In this document: positions 56,649 to 60,180 of the stretch, piece after piece
Numbering within the stretch: position 1 is the first letter of the stretch
Layout: each line of letters begins with the position of its first letter
Source of the DNA: a virus
Lineage: Duplodnaviria > Caudoviricetes
IMG/VR virus record: IMGVR_UViG_3300047388_000264
Coordinates: 1-60,180 of that record
DNA length: 60,180 nucleotides
Strand: one strand, 5' to 3'
The notes under the pieces: model-generated
Database searches by the model: none
Told to the model about the DNA's origin: nothing
Seen by the model: only the letters and a program-made list of their open reading frames with translations
Translations under genes and position numbers: made by a program

Positions 56649-57229
56649 GACTCTGCACGATTGCTCCCCTGCTACTGTTTGCCGTCCCGCTGTGTGCCCA
56701 AGCCACGGTAATGTTCAAGCCGCTATCGCTCCGTAATACGCAAGCTGTATTCGGCAAAGCGAGCGCGCTTGGGATTTGGATAGCGACCGTTTGCTCCGCG
56801 ACGCCAGTAATGCTGTTCCGCGAAGAAATTATGATGGCCGCGCCAGACCTGCATGACGTACCGAACACGCTTGCTATAGACGAACTCAATCGGCAGGCGG
56901 CACGTGATCCACGCTCACTCATCGGGAACAATGGTGACGCCGCCCTGGGATTAGCGAGCACAGCCGCAACGGCTATCGGACTAGCAGCAAATAGTTCAGC
57001 CGGACCTTACGTGGGACTTGGTTTAAGTTTATTCCAGTTCATCTTTCAGCACTTTAAGCGCGTAGCGCCTAATCCCCAGCCCTATCTTAAAAACCTTCTG
57101 GCCGACAGAATCGTGATTGATGACCCACGTGGTTGCCAGTGGGGTTACGTGGTTGCGTCGCTGATGCACAACGCGCGCACCATCGGCCCGGTAGCAATCC
57201 CAGCAATGCCGAAAGGACAACAACCATGA
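56645..57229 (+). CDS. Secreted/membrane protein
   Basis: Signal peptide ...PLCA|Q; central hydrophobic hairpin. Confidence 0.55.
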   Translation: MRLCTIAPLLLFAVPLCAQATVMFKPLSLRNTQAVFGKASALGIWIATVCSATPVMLFREEIMMAAPDLHDVPNTLAIDELNRQAARDPRSLIGNNGDAALGLASTAATAIGLAANSSAGPYVGLGLSLFQFIFQHFKRVAPNPQPYLKNLLADRIVIDDPRGCQWGYVVASLMHNARTIGPVAIPAMPKGQQP

Positions 57230-57723
57230 CACATCGTAAACCATTTGCAGTCGCGCTCGCCGTTCTGCTCATTCTCTCCCTAACCGCGTGCTCCACCAGC
57301 ACGGTCGTAACCGACACCCAGTTCGCCATCGACGCCGTGAAGATCGCCGCGCCCATCGTTGCGGCTTTCAGCGGCCCCGGCGCGGCTGTCATCACCGCCG
57401 CGCTATCGACGGCGGCAACCGGCCTGAACTGCGTTCTAACGGCAGCGGAAGCGCCCGGCGCGACTACGGCAAGTGTGGCGCAAGCCATCGGCTCATGCTT
57501 GGTATCTGATGTCGCCCCAGTGCTCCCTCCCGGCACGCCTCAGCTTGTCGTGGCCGTGGTCAGCGCCGCGTTTGCGGCTATCGCGATCATCATTCAGAAG
57601 TATGGACCGCAGAGCGGGTTTGCGAAGGCTAGCGCGCCGATGAAGTTGACTTACGGCGATCACCAGATTGTTAAGGGGATGCGCGGGGATTTGAACGGGG
57701 CGCTGGCGGTGTTGAAGAAATGA
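57226..57723 (+). CDS. Lipoprotein
   Basis: MTHRKPFAVALAVLLILSLTA|C lipobox. Confidence 0.65.
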   Translation: MTHRKPFAVALAVLLILSLTACSTSTVVTDTQFAIDAVKIAAPIVAAFSGPGAAVITAALSTAATGLNCVLTAAEAPGATTASVAQAIGSCLVSDVAPVLPPGTPQLVVAVVSAAFAAIAIIIQKYGPQSGFAKASAPMKLTYGDHQIVKGMRGDLNGALAVLKK

Positions 57724-57920
57724 TCTGGATGTATTGGCGCGGGACGAAGACTCACCCGCGCGTCGATCTTCAGGCGAAGGACTTCACGGATGCTTTGTCG
57801 CGCGCCAAGAGACGCGGACTGAGGATCTTCCATCTATTCGAGGATCAGGCTCATAAGCAGATGTTGGGAACGTGGCGACAAGATGTGTTGGGTAAGTGGG
57901 ATTTTATCAGCGCGCGATAG
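57720..57920 (+). CDS. Hypothetical protein
   Basis: ATGA overlap. Confidence 0.45.
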   Translation: MIWMYWRGTKTHPRVDLQAKDFTDALSRAKRRGLRIFHLFEDQAHKQMLGTWRQDVLGKWDFISAR

Positions 57921-58086
57921 GTCCCAGTAACCACGCCAGAATCTTAGCCAGCGTAACCCCGTCCATCGCTTCGCCGCGCTCGATCCGCGAAAGCGTAGAC
58001 AGACTAACCCCGAGTTCCTTCGCGGCCTCCCGCTCGGTAAGGTCGCTCATGCGCCGCCACTTACGCAGTACGTCGCCTAGTTTCAT
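57907..58086 (-). CDS. XRE/Cro-type HTH regulator
   Basis: LRKWR...LTEREAAKELGVSLSTLSRIERG. Confidence 0.85.
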   Translation of the reverse strand: MKLGDVLRKWRRMSDLTEREAAKELGVSLSTLSRIERGEAMDGVTLAKILAWLLGPIAR

Positions 58087-58112
58087 GCCTGCAATATCGT
58101 AGCACAAGTGGA

Positions 58113-58141
58113 TTGACTTTCGAGCGCGGTAGTACTAAACT
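58113..58141 (+). promoter_or_regulatory. Sigma70-like promoter divergent from the HTH gene
   Basis: TTGACT-17 nt-TAAACT. Confidence 0.55.
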
Positions 58142-58154
58142 TTTCTTTCATACC

Positions 58155-59588
58155 GTGAAACGCTCCCAACCCCTCATAGCCTTCTGTACCACGTGCAAGG
58201 GACGCACTCAACACCTTGCACAAACCCTCCCGCAAAACCTTGCCGATAACGCGATGTACGAGCGCGCGAAGTTCATCGTCCTCGACTACGGAAGCCGCGA
58301 TAACCTCCTGTCGTATCTGAAAACGAGCTACGCCGAAGAAATCGAGAGTGGGCGACTAGTGGTCTATTCGCTTCTGAGTCCGCTTGGTCCGTTCAGGATG
58401 GCCCACGCGAAGAACATGGCCCACCGCCTAGGGATGATCGAAGGCGGCGAGATCCTGGTAAACCTGGACGCGGACAACTTCACCGGGGAAGGATTCGCGC
58501 ACTACATCGCGCAGCAGTTCGCCGCCGATGATGACGTGTTCCTGTGGTCCGAGATGATCCAAGGCGTCTTGCCGCGCGGCATTCACGGCAGGATTGCGGT
58601 AACGGCGCGCGCCTTCCTAAACTCAGGCGGCTACGATGAGAAATATGACACGTGGGGACCGGATGACAAGGACTTCAACGCGCGGCTCCGGCGCTTGGGG
58701 TACTCGCCGCGCAAGATCGACAGGAGGTTTCTAGAAAAGGGAGTCAATCACAATGACCGGATGCGGTTCAGGGAATATCCGCACGTGGCGGAGATCGCGG
58801 ATTACGATGACCAGTTCAACTTGAGTGATGAGACTTCGACCATTGCGAACTACGGGAACATCGGATGCGGTAGGGTACTTAAGATGCAGTCCGGGGCGTA
58901 CATGGGCGATGGCGACCTGATCCCTGAGGTTCCGCACAATTACGACCCGACCACAAGCCTTAAGGGTTTCGACCTCAAACCGCTTCCTACCCGCATCTTT
59001 GGAATCGGGATGCACAAGACGGCTACCACGTCGCTGCATACCGCGCTCGGGATTCTCGGCTTCGATTCGGTCCACTGGAAAACGGCGCATTGGGCGAAGG
59101 CGGTTTACCACGAGATGATGGAGCAAGGCCGTTCGCTCACCCTGGAAAAGCACTACGCGGCGTGCGACCTGCCCATCACGATTCTCTACGAGGAATTAGA
59201 TAAGGCGTACCCAGGCTCGAAGTTCATTTTGACCGTAAAAGATGAGGAACGCTGGCTCAAGGACGTGCGCGATCACTGGGGCTACGATACAAACGTGTTT
59301 CGCCACACGTGGGACAAGGACCCGTTCAGTCACAAGTTGCACCAGATCATTTATGGCCAGCGGCATTTTGATGCGGACGTTTTCTTGGCGCGCTATCGGC
59401 GGCACAATGCCGAAGTGCTGGAACATTTCAAGGACCGGCCTGACGATCTCCTGGTGATGAACATGGACAAGGAGGCCGGATGGTGGGAGCTTTGCAACTT
59501 CCTGGGCCGTCCGATGCCCAACGCTCCATACCCGCGCATCGACCCTACGCGCCCGGAGCCGATTGAGAGTATGATTAAGCAATTATGA
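58155..59588 (+). CDS. GT2-like glycosyltransferase fused to a sulfotransferase-family domain
   Basis: CTTCKGR, LDYGS, NLDAD, GGYDE, WGPDD; then GIGMHKTATTSL, YPGSKFILT, GWWELCNFLG. Confidence 0.85.
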   Translation: MKRSQPLIAFCTTCKGRTQHLAQTLPQNLADNAMYERAKFIVLDYGSRDNLLSYLKTSYAEEIESGRLVVYSLLSPLGPFRMAHAKNMAHRLGMIEGGEILVNLDADNFTGEGFAHYIAQQFAADDDVFLWSEMIQGVLPRGIHGRIAVTARAFLNSGGYDEKYDTWGPDDKDFNARLRRLGYSPRKIDRRFLEKGVNHNDRMRFREYPHVAEIADYDDQFNLSDETSTIANYGNIGCGRVLKMQSGAYMGDGDLIPEVPHNYDPTTSLKGFDLKPLPTRIFGIGMHKTATTSLHTALGILGFDSVHWKTAHWAKAVYHEMMEQGRSLTLEKHYAACDLPITILYEELDKAYPGSKFILTVKDEERWLKDVRDHWGYDTNVFRHTWDKDPFSHKLHQIIYGQRHFDADVFLARYRRHNAEVLEHFKDRPDDLLVMNMDKEAGWWELCNFLGRPMPNAPYPRIDPTRPEPIESMIKQL

Positions 59589-59683
59589 CGCGCCGCAAGC
59601 ACAGACGGAAGAAGCGCGGGCGTTCCACGCTTGCGCGGATTCGGTTGTGGCTTGATCTAAAACTGGAAGCATGGAATTTATGA
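59585..59683 (+). CDS. 32-aa basic peptide
   Basis: ATGA overlaps at both ends; MTRRKHRRKKRGR. Confidence 0.45.
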   Translation: MTRRKHRRKKRGRSTLARIRLWLDLKLEAWNL

Positions 59684-60073
59684 AAACCATCGAAGCTAAC
59701 GGCACCACCTACAAATTCGGGCGCAAACATCCCCCGGCGCTCGGATTACATTTCAAGCTGCGAAACTACCTGCTCGCTACGGTTCCAGATCCGCCGCGCC
59801 ATGTGAGTTATGCGCCCGCCGCAAGCGAGTCACTGTCGAATATCTTCGGTAACGATGTCGAGGGCGATTGCGGCCCCGCGTGCGCGGCGCATATCGAGGG
59901 AGTATGGACCGACAACGCTGGCGGACCTTTGTTCATCCCGTCATTGGCCGAAGTGAACGATTTTTACAGTGGAGTCGAAGGGCCTCCAGGGTTCCCGGCA
60001 ATTGACAACGGAGTAGATGAAGTCACGCTCATGAACTATTGGGTGTCGCACGGATTCTCTGGCCGCAAAGCTA
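59680..60073 (+). CDS. N-terminal part of a 269-aa papain-like (C1-type) cysteine peptidase that spans the circular junction and ends at 416
   Basis: ATG 59680 (ATGA overlap with ORF 59585-59683); MKTIEANG...GNDVEGDCGPACAAH...DNG; in frame with 9..416 after circularisation. Confidence 0.65.
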
Positions 60074-60180
60074 CGGCATGGATGGCCGTGGACGCCACAA
60101 ACATGCACGAAGCCAAGACATCACTGTGGCTGTTCGAGAACCTCGTGATTTGCATGTACCTCGTGATTTGCATGTACCTC
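60074..60180. repeat. Terminal direct repeat, right copy (60074-60162) plus an 18-nt tandem duplication (60163-60180), probably an assembly end artefact
   Basis: Exact match to 1-89, then gtgatttgcatgtacctc repeated once more; the left copy lacks this extra 18-mer. Confidence 0.9.

Noticed and set aside
60163-60180. 18-nt tandem repeat at the extreme end
   Set aside because: Absent from the left copy of the overlap; most likely an assembly or trimming artefact.

Overview
The window is one complete circular dsDNA element of about 60,073 bp. Bases 1-89 recur exactly at 60074-60162, and one ORF reads through the junction. It has the gene density, ATGA/GTGA overlaps and modular layout of a bacterial virus, but I cannot recognise any terminase, portal, HK97 capsid, tape-measure or tail gene. 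Instead, a 22 kb minus-strand operon (about 30200 down to 7530) encodes: (1) a transglutaminase-fold Cys protease candidate; (2) about 15 small proteins with a membrane anchor, several carrying an LxGxG motif; (3) several Arg/Lys-rich proteins punctuated by Asn-Pro; (4) a likely single jelly-roll major capsid protein followed by paralogous single and internally duplicated jelly-roll-like proteins; (5) signal-peptide-bearing spike-like proteins; (6) a membrane-anchored muramidase-like protein. This pattern suggests a tailless, membrane-containing virus. The rest resembles a temperate phage early region: an O-like initiator with iterons, DnaB, YqaJ exonuclease plus a putative annealing protein, a helicase-methyltransferase fusion, a C5 methyltransferase with a nested out-of-frame partner, a tyrosine recombinase, GroES-like and J-domain proteins, glycosyl/sulfo/acetyl-transferases, and a HerA-like ATPase split by an IS1595 element with perfect TIRs and an 8-bp TSD. 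All fold and family assignments come from motif recognition by eye; no database search or structure prediction was run. A host in Acidobacteriota is a tentative inference.
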